Shown: piece by piece, positions 39,611 through 49,790 of the stretch
Layout: each line of letters starts with the position of its first letter
Numbering within the stretch: the first letter of the stretch is position 1
Assembly: GCA_965248265.1 (NCBI GenBank)
Contig: CBDFJF010000002.1
Span: forward strand, 2,656,001-2,720,000
Length of the DNA stretch: 64,000 nucleotides
Direction of reading: 5' to 3'
DNA from: Candidatus Latescibacterota bacterium
Lineage (GTDB): Bacteria > Latescibacterota > UBA2968 > UBA8231
Notes under the pieces: model-generated
The model's database searches: none
Told to the model about the DNA's origin: nothing
The model's input: the letters and a program-made list of their open reading frames with translations, nothing else
Translations under genes and position numbers: made by a program

Positions 39611-39762
39611 TCCGGTCCAAATCGACTCCGCTTGCCCATGCCACCCAACTCGTGTTGCCCTCCGCGGGCTCCGCGCTCTCCGCGCTCTCCGCGATAAGAT
39701 TGTCGCGAAACAGACAATCCTGCAAGTTTGTCACACAGAGTGGGAACCGGCTCAGGGGCAAA

Positions 39763-39940
39763 CGAAGGAAGAGGCCCCCGAAGCGGACCCCTGTACGCAT
39801 ACTTCGGCGGCCACCCCCGCCCAACGACGGCACCGCCTGGCCTGGGCTGACCTCCTCCGGAGAGTTTTTCGAATAGACGTTACCGTGTGCCCCGCTTGCG
39901 GCGGCCACATGAAGATCGTGGCTGCTCTCACCGATCCACG
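39763..39940 (+). mobile_element. IS91 transposase internal fragment (copy of 33023-33250 without the 50-bp insert)
   Basis: Near-identical sequence. Confidence 0.9.
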
Positions 39941-40848
39941 GTATCGCCATAGGGAATGTAAGAACCCGGCTTGCCGATCGTGGACAGAAACATCAGGGAA
40001 AAGTCGCTGCACCCTATAAGTTCGGGCGGCGTGATCTCCTTGAGGGTTTTTCCCTCGTCGCGTGCCAGCAATGTCAGAGCGATCAGGGCTCGGTAGAGAG
40101 TTGCGGAGACGTAGCCGGGCCCTTCTCGGCCACCGTGATCTTCGGTAGCGTTGAAAACCAGATCTATAGATTCCAGCAGATCCTTTTTGGCCTGGTCGAT
40201 CCATGCCTGCGACCGAGGCCATAGCGACTTCATCGCCAGCAGCCCAGCGATCCGCCCCTGTGAAAAACCCGGTGCCTGATTACAGTGGAAAATGTACTCG
40301 TATTGCACAAAATCCTTGTTGATCAGGGACATACCTTTTTTGGAAACGGCTTCGAGGATGATCCTTCGGCCGGCCTCGGTCAGCAGGACCCCGGCCCAGT
40401 CCAATCCCAGGGCGCAGGAAAAGGCATAGCCGAAGCCTGTAAAGGAGCGATTATCGAAACAACTGCCCGGAAAATGCTCCTGGAAGCACTCGTCCCAGTA
40501 TTGGCTGTGGGCCATGGCCAATATGGCCCGGGCACTCATACGCAGCATCTCCACGTCGCCATCTACGATCCCGGCAAAGCCGCAAACCAAGGCGACATAT
40601 TCCGGGTCCGATTCCCCGCGTTGAATGTCATAGGCTCGGTGGTGCCGGTTGATGGTGGAGCTGGATTCCATCACGAACTGTTCCGGCTTCGCCGTGCTGA
40701 TCAGGTCTTGGGCCTTGACGCGCATCCCGTCCATCAATGGCTTGAACGCCCGGTGAGCCACTTTCTTCCGGAGGGCCTTCAGTTCACGCGTGTCAAACAG
40801 CAGGCCCAGCGTGGGATTCATTTCCACCGGCTCATCCGCCGGTTTGAT
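39941..40848 (-). pseudogene. Internal fragment of a heparinase II/III-like protein
   Basis: DHGGREGPGY and YIPYGD motifs; frame open between two IS91 pieces with no native start or stop. Confidence 0.55.
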
Positions 40849-41389
40849 GGATAGTGTGGATGAACAGGATTATCGGGAGTCAGTCAAGCGGCTTTTGAGG
40901 CTTTTCGAGGGCGTTGAGGGCGGTGCTTGTGGGTTGATGGTCGTCCGGCGAACGATGGGCCGGCGAATAGGGTGCGCGGATCAGCCTCTGCGGGCGCAAC
41001 GGCAGCGGTCAGCGAGAGATGGGGACGCAGCGGTGTCTGGCCGGTCGGTCTCAGGCGGCAAAGTCGAACTCGTCTTGGGGATGAGGCCGTGCCGGCGCGA
41101 TGGGCGGCGCGCGCGACGGCAGGCCGACGCCCTCCAGGTAGCATTGGATAGAACGTGGATCGGTGAGAGCAGCCACTATGTTCATGGGGCCACCGCAGGC
41201 GGGGCACACGCTAACGTCCACGCGAAAAACCCGTGCTAACAAGGCGGCCCAGGCCAGGCGGTGCCGGCGTTGGGCGGGGCTGGACTCCTTCGTATGCGCA
41301 CAAGGGTCCGCTTCGCGGGCCTCTTCTTTGCGGCCCGGTACAATCTGTGCCCGATCGGCGGCATTGGGGGCCAAGACGCCATGATACCG
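40849..41389 (-). mobile_element. IS91 remnant: transposase C-terminus plus intact oriIS
   Basis: RYHGVLAPNA...CPACGG...EFDFAA*; tip ttgactgactcccgataatcctgttcatccacactatcc. Confidence 0.88.
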
Positions 41390-42514
41390 ATGACCATATA
41401 TCACGAAGAGGGCATGTACGCCCTGAGCCCGAACGTGGTGCGCACGCCCTCCGGCGATCTGCTGGTGTTCTTCCAGCGGTCCCCGCATCTGGGCCATCCC
41501 CACCACGGCCATCCGCTGTCCAATGTGCAGGCCTGCCGCTCGCAGGACGAGGGGCAGACGTGGAGCAGACCGACGCTGATCACGGCGGATCCGCTGGGGG
41601 GGATCATGGACCGCGGCGTCTACACCCTCTCCGACGGCAGTATCTTCATGCATTGCTCGGGTACGGAGCTGGTGCCGGCCGAGGGGTCCGAGGCCCACGG
41701 ATCCGGGTGGGTCTCGCGCCCCGGCAAACCCTTCTGGGTGCGCTCCCGGGACGACGGCCACACCTGGAGTGAACCGGTGCGCTTCCCGCCCGTTCCGGAC
41801 GCCAACTACGGTCCCCTTGCCGAGCATTCGGGAGTCAGCCGCAGCGGCCTGATCGAGCTTCCCGACGGACGCCTGCTCATGCCCAGCAAGGCGACCGATC
41901 GCCCCGAGAGTGAACACAAATACTTCGGCATGCTGCGGGTGTCCAGCGACATGGGCGAGACGTGGGAGTACGGAGGACGGATCGCCGAAGACCCCGTCGT
42001 CCACTTCAGCGAGCCGGCCATCCACCGCACCCCCAGCGGCCGCATCCTGGTGATCTTTCGCTGTCACGCCAACATGGCGCGGGACGGGGACGAGTCTCTG
42101 CCGCTGCGTGACCGCCAGTACAACAGCCGTTTCCAGGCCCTGGTCACCTCCGACGACGACGGCGACACGTGGACGCCGTGGAAGCGCTCGGTGCACGGCT
42201 ACCCGGCCCACATGCTGGGGCTGCGGGACGGGCGCATCTTCCTCACCGTCGGCACCCGCTGGGACGGCCAGGCCGGCTGTCTCGCCCGCGTCCTGGATCC
42301 GGAAGGCACGGAGCTGGAGACCACGCCAATCCAGACCATGGCTCCCGACCTGGAAAACGGCCCCGACGTGATCGTGCAGAGCGATTCGTCCACCCAGGAC
42401 TGCGGCTACCCCTGGTCGGTGGAGCTGAACGACGGCCGCGTCCTGGTCGCCTACTGGCACCACTACCCGGACAATCACCGCGGCATCGAGGGCGCCATAC
42501 TGGCCGAGAAATGA
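41390..42514 (+). CDS. Sialidase-like BNR protein, 5' end clipped by the IS91 remnant
   Basis: SxDxGxTW repeats, DCGYP. Confidence 0.8.
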   Translation: MTIYHEEGMYALSPNVVRTPSGDLLVFFQRSPHLGHPHHGHPLSNVQACRSQDEGQTWSRPTLITADPLGGIMDRGVYTLSDGSIFMHCSGTELVPAEGSEAHGSGWVSRPGKPFWVRSRDDGHTWSEPVRFPPVPDANYGPLAEHSGVSRSGLIELPDGRLLMPSKATDRPESEHKYFGMLRVSSDMGETWEYGGRIAEDPVVHFSEPAIHRTPSGRILVIFRCHANMARDGDESLPLRDRQYNSRFQALVTSDDDGDTWTPWKRSVHGYPAHMLGLRDGRIFLTVGTRWDGQAGCLARVLDPEGTELETTPIQTMAPDLENGPDVIVQSDSSTQDCGYPWSVELNDGRVLVAYWHHYPDNHRGIEGAILAEK

Positions 42515-42542
42515 GCCCATTCAACCGGAAGGATTCATTCCT

Positions 42543-43970
42543 ATGAAAGTCCTCAGCACCCGGCGCATAACGAATGACCGCCACCACAATGCGTTCACCG
42601 GAGCGTGCTGGTTCAAGGGTGATTTGTACGTCGCCTATCGCCAGGGTGACTTTCACCATGAGCACGATTCCGGTCGCACCATCGTCCAGCGCAGCCGCGA
42701 CGGGGGGGTAACCTGGGATACGGTAACAGTGCTGCGCGGCCACTTCGACACCCGCGACGCCCACCTCTACACCGACGGAGATCGGTTGTTCTGCACCTGC
42801 TACGTGGATCCCGTCGACGACCTCCCGGTGGTATCGGGCTGTGGTGTTACCGAGGACGGCGATCGCTGGACGCCCTTCGAGCCCTATTCCGGGACCGACA
42901 ATTTCGCGCTGTGGCGTCCCGTCTGGCATCGGGGGAAACACTACTGTGCCGGAGGCTGTTACGACACACCAGATCGCGGCGTTCACTGGTTCGAGAGTGA
43001 AGATGGACACAGCTGGGTGTATGTGCGCCACATCAACGACTCGCCGGAGGATAAGGCAAACGAGTGTTACCTGGAGATATTACCCAGCGGTGCGGCGACG
43101 ATGCTCATGCGGTGCGAGACTGGCCTGAAGAAACCCAAGTTGTGCTTCAGCCAGTACCCGTTCGAGAGCTGGGAAATGCAGCAACTGGACGTCCGCATAA
43201 CCGGGCCCGCCGTCTGGACCGTCGACGACAAGGTCTACATCTCCGGGCGCTGGGACCCGATCGACGAACGCATCCACGCGGAGGAAGACCACGCCGCCCA
43301 CACCGCCATCTTCCGGGTCATCGACGGTGAATGTTTCCTGATCTGCGTGCTCCCCTCCGGACCACACCCGGACAACTCCTACATGGGCGTCGCCCGCCGC
43401 CAGGACAACAGCCATCGGTTCTCGCTCAGCTATTACAGCAACGCCCTCGCCAATGAGGATCCGCTGATAGACCAGTGGCAGAAGCCGGATATCTACGTGG
43501 TCGACGTGCTCTTCGGCGCCGATTTCATCGATGAGATGCTGGTCAGCGATCTGGTGGACGCCCGGCGCGGTCTCGAGGAGGCGACGGAGCCCGATCCCGG
43601 GTCTGATGGGTTGAGATATCGTCCCGTGCGCATACCCGAGGACGGTACGCCTCACACACCCGGTCACAACTTCCTCGACGCCCGCGACGTCATCGGCGGC
43701 CGCGGCGGACTCGTTTACTTCGTCAAGGATATCGAGGTGGGACCGTGGGATCTGGTCGACGTTCACCTCGGCTACGACGGACCGGTGAAGGTGTGGTGGA
43801 ACGGGCAGGAGGTTTTCACTGGCCCCGGAACCGGTCCGGCGGTGCCGGACGCGACCTCACTGCGCCTCGAATCCAGGCACGGTACAAACCGGCTGGCATT
43901 GGCCCTCGATACCAAAGGCGGCCGGGCGCGGGGGATCTACGCGCGCTGGGAGCGCACATGGGAGTCGTAG
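42543..43970 (+). CDS. Sialidase-like BNR protein with C-terminal beta-sandwich domain
   Basis: HNAFT, SRDGGVTW, RD, DNSY; DGPVKVWWNG. Confidence 0.75.
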   Translation: MKVLSTRRITNDRHHNAFTGACWFKGDLYVAYRQGDFHHEHDSGRTIVQRSRDGGVTWDTVTVLRGHFDTRDAHLYTDGDRLFCTCYVDPVDDLPVVSGCGVTEDGDRWTPFEPYSGTDNFALWRPVWHRGKHYCAGGCYDTPDRGVHWFESEDGHSWVYVRHINDSPEDKANECYLEILPSGAATMLMRCETGLKKPKLCFSQYPFESWEMQQLDVRITGPAVWTVDDKVYISGRWDPIDERIHAEEDHAAHTAIFRVIDGECFLICVLPSGPHPDNSYMGVARRQDNSHRFSLSYYSNALANEDPLIDQWQKPDIYVVDVLFGADFIDEMLVSDLVDARRGLEEATEPDPGSDGLRYRPVRIPEDGTPHTPGHNFLDARDVIGGRGGLVYFVKDIEVGPWDLVDVHLGYDGPVKVWWNGQEVFTGPGTGPAVPDATSLRLESRHGTNRLALALDTKGGRARGIYARWERTWES

Positions 43971-43974
43971 TTGT

Positions 43975-44479
43975 ATCCACCGTAAGCCCACAGAGAGAGC
44001 GGGTGACTGGAGCCTCCCGGCGGGTGGTCTATCGCCTGGACCTGCAGGCCAGGACCGCGCCTGGCCTGCTACCGCTAACCGTTTCCGCTGCCTACCGGGA
44101 TGCGGAAGGCAACGAACGCAGCACGGCTTCCTGCCAGGTCTCTCTTTCGATAGACCAGCACTCGAAGACACCGCTGGACGTCAAATATGGCACCATCGTC
44201 GCGGAAGCTTGGCTGGCGATGGTCGCGCGTCGAGCGATGGGGCTGAACCACATGGAAGATTATCGCGAAGCGGGGTCCTGGCTGCGGCAGCAGAGCACGG
44301 ACTTTAATCGCTACTGGCCGCACCTACCCGACAGCGGGGCGTTGGTCAACCAGATGCGGGCGCTGTGCCGCTCATCGGTGCAGCCGATGCAGGAAAGCTC
44401 GCGCAAGGAGATTACGCTTTCGCGGTATCAGCACCTGAAGGGCGTGTCGGATCAGAGGGTGGCTGCGTCGGAAGCGTAG
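43975..44479 (+). pseudogene. C-terminal fragment of a probable VWA-associated protein
   Basis: Coding-like frame ...GASRRVVYRLDL...SRKEI...* without a start. Confidence 0.35.
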
Positions 44480-44499
44480 GATTCGTATCTGGTTTCGGA

Positions 44500-44930
44500 G
44501 TAGACCAGCAAAGATGAGCTGACGGTCAGCACCTGGCAGACGTGCTCGACCGCCTGACGTCGACGCGTCGGCCGCAGAAGTTTCCCCGGGCGGTTTCTTT
44601 CAGGATCGAGAGGTCCAGAGCCTGGTCGGCAACCAGCCTCTTCAACCGTTGGTTTTCCAGATCGAGCTCTTTCAGGCGCCGGGCTTGATCCACTTCCATG
44701 CCGCCGTATTCCTTACGCCAGCGATAATAGGTCTGTTCGCTGACACCGAGATGACGGGCCGCCTCGATGATCGTCTTGCCCTCAGAAATCAGAAATCAGA
44801 ATCTCCGCCCGTCGGAGAGGGCCGAAAATCTGTTCAGCGGTGTACCGTTTCCCGGCCATAGGGCTCCCCTTTCTACGTCCCATATCCTAACTGTAAGACT
44901 GGGAACATTATAGGGGGGCAGGTCAGTGAC
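44500..44930 (-). mobile_element. IS3-family remnant (left end, OrfA, start of OrfB)
   Basis: MAGKRYTAEQI; YYRWRKEYGGM..DQARRLKELDLENQRLKRLVADQALD..GNF; RRRQAVEH. Confidence 0.85.
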
Positions 44931-44934
44931 GAGG

Positions 44935-45203
44935 TGACTGTAGTCAAACACAGGCTGCGGCTCGGGGCGGGCCGGCACGATCGGCGGCGCCCGCCGGCTC
45001 AGGCCCATCCCCCACGACCGCCTATGAGGTCGCGACGGGCCCTCACCTCCGTGGGCGTGGCCGGCACAGTCCGCTGCCTCTGCCGCCGGCCCCGGTACGA
45101 TCCGAGACCGGTCAGCCGCATGCGGTGCCAGCACGCCGTGGTACCGCACCAGGTGCGGAGTAAGCCGCGCGGCGCCAACGCCGCCAGCTTCTCGATCAGC
45201 TCT
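44935..45203 (-). mobile_element. IS91 transposase C-terminal remnant
   Basis: ELIEKLAA, LVRYHGVLAPHA, RAPPIVPARP. Confidence 0.8.
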
Positions 45204-45204
45204 T

Positions 45205-45350
45205 AGAAGGTGATGCTGATGAATTGTATGACCTTCAAAATGACCCGCACGAAATCCACAATCTCGCCAGCGATCCAGAATACAAAGACATTGTCTACGA
45301 ACATCATCTGCTCAACTGGCTCGTTGAAACAGAAGACGCGATAACCCGTT
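45205..45350 (+). pseudogene. Sulfatase C-terminal fragment
   Basis: ELYDLQNDPHEIHNLA motif. Confidence 0.65.
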
Positions 45351-45363
45351 AACAGGATTTGCC

Positions 45364-46227
45364 ATGACCGACCTCAACCAACTCCGACACCAAATGGACA
45401 CTGAAGGCTGGTTTATTGCTCGTCAGGTTCTTTCGCCTGAAAATATCGCAACGGTAAAAGATCGCTTGCGTTACATCATTCAGCACCGAGACTTTTTCGA
45501 AAAATATGGAATCCTCTGCCAAGAAAATGAGGCATACAAAAAAGACGATGCCAATAGAACAGACGACTCCCTTCTGCAATTTAACAACGTCGTGAGTGCC
45601 CATATGCGCGACGAGGTTGTTTTAAAGAACACGCTTCATACAGAAAACATGATGGCAATCGTCGCATCTCAAATTGGCCCCGACTACTGCACCAATGGGG
45701 CTTCATTTTTCCTCAAGCCACCGCACTATGGAACAGAAGTCGCATGGCATCAAGATAGTCGCACCTGGGTAAAACAGCCACGCCCCTGGCCTCCTGAAGA
45801 AACGCCGAGATTGTTTGATACCTGGATCGCTTTTGATCACGCTACGAAAGAAAATGGATGTCTGCAATTGTTACCCGGCTCCGAAGAACACGGCATATTA
45901 CCCAACCGAAAACGAGGAGACACGGACTTCGGACATGGTTTTGGAGACGATCCTGCCAGCATGGGACTTTCCGAATCCAATACTGTTCATTGCGTCATGG
46001 AACCCGGCGATGTCGCCGTCTGGCATCAGGATATGTCGCATTATTCTGAACCCAATCGCTCCGACAAACCGCGCCTGGGTCTTTCTCTCTCCCTTGTCGC
46101 AGCCGCAGACATCCCGAGGGTGCGTCCTCACCTTGTTCAAAACCGTTATGTATTTCACGGATACCCAATTTGCATAGGCGGAAAACCAGCTACAATAGGA
46201 AATGCTGCACCTGAATTTGCCAATTAA
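45364..46227 (+). CDS. PhyH-family dioxygenase
   Basis: WHQD, ENGCLQLLPGS, HYSEPNRSDKPR. Confidence 0.9.
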   Translation: MTDLNQLRHQMDTEGWFIARQVLSPENIATVKDRLRYIIQHRDFFEKYGILCQENEAYKKDDANRTDDSLLQFNNVVSAHMRDEVVLKNTLHTENMMAIVASQIGPDYCTNGASFFLKPPHYGTEVAWHQDSRTWVKQPRPWPPEETPRLFDTWIAFDHATKENGCLQLLPGSEEHGILPNRKRGDTDFGHGFGDDPASMGLSESNTVHCVMEPGDVAVWHQDMSHYSEPNRSDKPRLGLSLSLVAAADIPRVRPHLVQNRYVFHGYPICIGGKPATIGNAAPEFAN

Positions 46228-46245
46228 GATTTGGAGGAAGTTTGC

Positions 46246-46476
46246 ATGACACCTGAAGTCGCTTTATGAAAAACGCCACGACATGATCCGGGACGGCTAT
46301 TGCGTTATCGAAGATAGCGTGAGTGAAGATTTTCTCATCGAAATGTGCAAGAAATCGAGCGCTTAATCGCTAACCATGAAGAACCACCCGATCTCGTGTA
46401 ACAGGGCCAGCACATCAATGTGGAACGCGAAGACAACGCCGTCATCGACAAACTCCTCTCCTGGGAGCCATCTTGC
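46246..46476 (+). pseudogene. Degraded 5' part of a second PhyH-like gene
   Basis: MIRDGYCVIED motif, internal stops, truncated at an ori tip. Confidence 0.55.
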
Positions 46477-46808
46477 GTATAATTAGAAAGAGAGAGGGTT
46501 ATCGCTACTTCGGTCCAGCGCGTTGGGCGGGGAAGGAGGAACTCAGGCCGCGGCGCCGAGGTCGTGTGGGCTGGTCAGGGATAGAGATGTGAGAACGGGG
46601 GAACGGGAACGGTTAACTTCAGGCGATGTTGGCCGGCCCTGGTGCACCGGTGCCGAGGTGGATCAGGTGACGCAGGAGAAAACGGCCTGCGGAGCGGGGC
46701 GGGGCCGCGCGATGGGGGGCGCTCGCCCGCTCAGGCCCATCCCGGCAAAGCAGCGGCGGATCGACCCGGCCGCGATCACCCGCATGCGGCCATCGCAGTC
46801 GGGACAGA
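46477..46808 (-). mobile_element. IS91 remnant (degenerate transposase end plus oriIS)
   Basis: CPDCDGRMRVIAA..GRAPPIA; tip gataaccctctctctttctaattatac. Confidence 0.65.
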
Positions 46809-47091
46809 TTGCTCAGAGCACGTGCTTGCCCGCCCTGGCAGCAGGGATCCCGCAAGGGGCGTGCTCTCCGCTGTCCGTGCACACAGAGACGGCGTCGATA
46901 TCGTCCCTGGAAAATAGGCCGTCGTAATCATCGGTCGGGTCTCCGCCAAACGCGTCGATAATGCCTCTCGCGCGATCGAGATCCCTCGAGCTGACGGCAA
47001 CGAGCTCCGCATCCTCCGTGTCCGAAATGACGTGGGCGTGGAGCTGACTGATCATGCCGGCACCGGCGATGGCGAAACGGACGCTGCTCAC
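46809..47091 (-). pseudogene. Gfo/Idh/MocA oxidoreductase 5' fragment
   Basis: IAGAGMI, DIDAVSVCT, AGKHVL; truncated by the IS91 remnant. Confidence 0.8.
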
Positions 47092-47109
47092 AGTGCAGTT
47101 CCTCGCTGG

Positions 47110-47913
47110 TTAGAGTCGATCGATGTAGACATAGTATGCGCCGACGTCGTTTCCATGCGCATCGACGAACCACGTTTGCAGCCGCGTCTCCCCGGCATTG
47201 AGCTTCACCGTGAACGAGATTCCGAAGTCGTCCGCGTTAACGTCGGCTTCTTTCTCGATGTCGGCCACACGGAGACGCGCCTTCCTGATCGGCAGCGCCT
47301 TCCCGCCGCCGTATCCGTCCTTGATCTCGACGTAGGAGCGGAGGTCTCCCTCTATGCCCTCCACGATCGGGCGATCTTCCTCCTTCGGCCATCGCCTGAG
47401 CTCGACACGATATCGGCTGGAGACAGCGACGTCGATTTCCCAGTAGCCGTTGCACGCCATTCCCGCCCGAACCTGCGACTGGTTCCAGGCACAGACCGCA
47501 TCCGGATTGCGCCAGTCGTGAGCGTTCAGCTGGACCGCAGGCACTTCGGTCGATCCAACGGGAATCGGGATCGTACCGCTGAACTGGCGGGACACCTTTG
47601 CCCACCACGCCTCGTAATCCTTCCGCAGGCGGGTGACGACATCCGGATAGTCCGCCGCGACATCCGTGGTCTGTCCAGGGTCCGTCCGGACGTCGAAGAG
47701 TTCTTTCCCGTTGATCAGGCGCCAGCGCTGCGTCATCGTCGCGCTCTTGCGCCACTTGATCGGGTCTGTGATCCGCTGCGAGTCGGTCACGAGCGTGCGA
47801 TCGGGCCAATCGACATCCTCTCCCCGAATTAGCGGGGCCACGCTCGTGCCGTCGAAGTCGTCGTCGTCGTGTTCGATCCCGCACAGATCCATCAGCGTCG
47901 GCATCATATCGAC
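47110..47913 (-). pseudogene. Arylsulfatase 3' half
   Basis: DMMPTLMDLCG, DGTS, ELFDVRTDPGQ; begins at an IS91 ori tip. Confidence 0.8.
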
Positions 47914-47969
47914 GCTTAGACAAGCGGTAACATGTCAACACCGATCGTGGGCAAATATCGAGTCTCCGT

Positions 47970-49160
47970 TCAGTTGAGGATAGGTGTGTAGGGACGATTG
48001 TTCTTGAGGACGCTGAAGACGACGTGGAGCATCTTGTTGGCGACATGAGTGAGCGCGACGAGATGGTGCTTGCCGCGATCAATGTGTCGCTGATAGACCT
48101 GGGTGAAGAGGGGGTCATGGCTCTTGAAGACGGCGATCTCTGAGGCTTGCATGACGGCGGTGCGCAGGTAGCGACTGCCGCGCTTGGACATTCTGCCGCG
48201 ACCGACCAGATCGCCGCTGTCGAACTGCTTGACGTCGAGGCCAGCGGTGGCGACGAATTTGCGAGCACCATGCTGATCCTCGGGATGAAACACGGGCAGG
48301 ATCTCGGCCAGGATGGTGGGTGCCCACACGGGCCCCAGACCTGGGACGGAGCGCAGAAGGCACTGCTGCTCGGTCACGAGATCTTGCAGTTGTTCGTCGA
48401 GTTGAGCGATCTGTTCGATGAGGAGGTTGACGCGCTCCATGACGAAGCGAATCTCCAGGGACAAGTGCTGACTGCGATGAGTGAGGGCGAAGGAGTTTTT
48501 AGCGGAGGCCTTCAAGGCTTGTGCCTGGTCTCGTCCGAAGGCTCCCCGACTGGCGTCCTTCAACAGACGCGTCAGGCGGCGGATGTCGACGCGGGCCAGG
48601 TCCTCAGCGGTGGGAAACTGTGCCAGCACGGCTCGACTGGAGGCACCGAAGAGATCGGAGAAGTGCTGCCCGTATTCGGGAAAAGCCAAGTCGAGGAGGC
48701 TGACGAGATGACCCTTTTGGGACTTGACGGTCTGTGCGCACTGATAGCGCAATCGCGTCAGATCGCGCAAGGACTGGACCTGTCGATCCGGGATAGCGCA
48801 GACCTTCAGATCGGTCTCCCGCAGCAGATGGGCGATCAGCAGGGCATCGGCGCTGTCGGTCTTGGTGCCACGGATGGTGATGTTGCGCCGCGCTGCCACG
48901 ACCAGGGGATTGATGAGGTCAACGACATACCCTGCCTGGACCAGGGCTTCGTAGAGGACCATCCAGTAGTGGCCGGTGGCCTCCATGCCGACGCGGATGT
49001 CGGCGGCGGGTTGTCCGGTCTCGGCCAGGCGTTGACACAACTGCTCGATGCCCTGGCGAGTCTGCTCCACGGCGAGATTACGGAAAACAGCCTGAGATTC
49101 CTCATCCAACAGCGTGGCGCGATGACTGCGTTTGGCCACATCAATTCCAAGTGTCCACAT
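47970..49160 (-). CDS. IS110-family DEDD/Ser recombinase
   Basis: GIDVAK, MEATGHY, KTDSADA, AGL....DSG, SKRG. Confidence 0.95.
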   Translation of the reverse strand: MWTLGIDVAKRSHRATLLDEESQAVFRNLAVEQTRQGIEQLCQRLAETGQPAADIRVGMEATGHYWMVLYEALVQAGYVVDLINPLVVAARRNITIRGTKTDSADALLIAHLLRETDLKVCAIPDRQVQSLRDLTRLRYQCAQTVKSQKGHLVSLLDLAFPEYGQHFSDLFGASSRAVLAQFPTAEDLARVDIRRLTRLLKDASRGAFGRDQAQALKASAKNSFALTHRSQHLSLEIRFVMERVNLLIEQIAQLDEQLQDLVTEQQCLLRSVPGLGPVWAPTILAEILPVFHPEDQHGARKFVATAGLDVKQFDSGDLVGRGRMSKRGSRYLRTAVMQASEIAVFKSHDPLFTQVYQRHIDRGKHHLVALTHVANKMLHVVFSVLKNNRPYTPILN

Positions 49161-49174
49161 TCGGCGAGCTCCTT

Positions 49175-49437
49175 GATCAAGTGACCGAAGCTGCCCACGA
49201 TCGGGGTGACGCCAGCTGGCACATCCTCGTAGCCAGATCAGGGAACGAAGGTCCCGTCAAGCGGTAAGTGCATGTGCTGGCGCAATGGCGGTCTAAGCCA
49301 GAGGACTGAGCCTCGAGTGGAGGATAGCCAACCCAGCAGCTTCGCTGATCCAGGATCGCATTGCTGGCATCAGGAAGCAAGCACTGAGAGTACGCAGCTG
49401 GTCGCCGTCTCGCGGGGCAGACACACCGAAGTGGCCT
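49175..49437 (-). ncRNA. Predicted bridge RNA of IS110 copy C
   Basis: Upstream non-coding region just after TATAAT; all four guide segments identifiable; boundaries approximate. Confidence 0.8.
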
Positions 49438-49443
49438 GCACCT

Positions 49444-49449
49444 ATTATA
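49444..49449 (-). promoter_or_regulatory. -10 box (TATAAT) of circle-junction promoter; -35 TTGACA at 47938-47933
   Basis: Circularising at the CT core gives TTGACA-17 bp-TATAAT. Confidence 0.85.
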
Positions 49450-49451
49450 CG

Positions 49452-49755
49452 AGTGGTTATAAAGTAGGTTATCGTTAGTCGATCAGGTGTTATTTTCGCT
49501 TTTTTTCGCGTTGATGGCGGTCTATGTGGGTTGACGGTCGTCGACTGAGCGCTTGAGGCTGCGAATAGGCCCGAAGGGGAGTGGCTGTGAACGAAGATGG
49601 GATTGCCAGCGAGGGATCAGGACACATCGGTGCCTTTGCTGTGACGACGAATCGATCTCAGGCGGCGAAATCTAGCTCGGACTGGGGATTGGGGCGTGCC
49701 GGGGCGATCGGCGGGGCCCGTGATGGCAGGCCGACCCCCTTCAGGTAGACGCGAG
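49452..49755 (-). mobile_element. IS91 remnant (transposase C-terminus plus oriIS, tip cut by IS110 copy C)
   Basis: YLKGVGLPSRAPPIAPARPNPQSELDFAA*; 49452-49676 repeated at 51351-51575. Confidence 0.85.
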
Positions 49756-49790
49756 CATCCCTCCGTACCCGCTTGCTATCAAACGATGGG

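Larger units (their letters stand above)
47918..49453 (-). mobile_element. Complete IS110-family element, IS110 type (copy C), CT core
   Basis: AG (minus-strand CT) at 47918-47919 and 49452-49453; empty site visible at 51345-51360. Confidence 0.93.

Noticed and set aside
41051-42520. 489-aa minus ORF ending in an IS91 C-terminus
   Set aside because: Antisense of the sialidase gene joined in frame to the transposase remnant; not a credible fusion.
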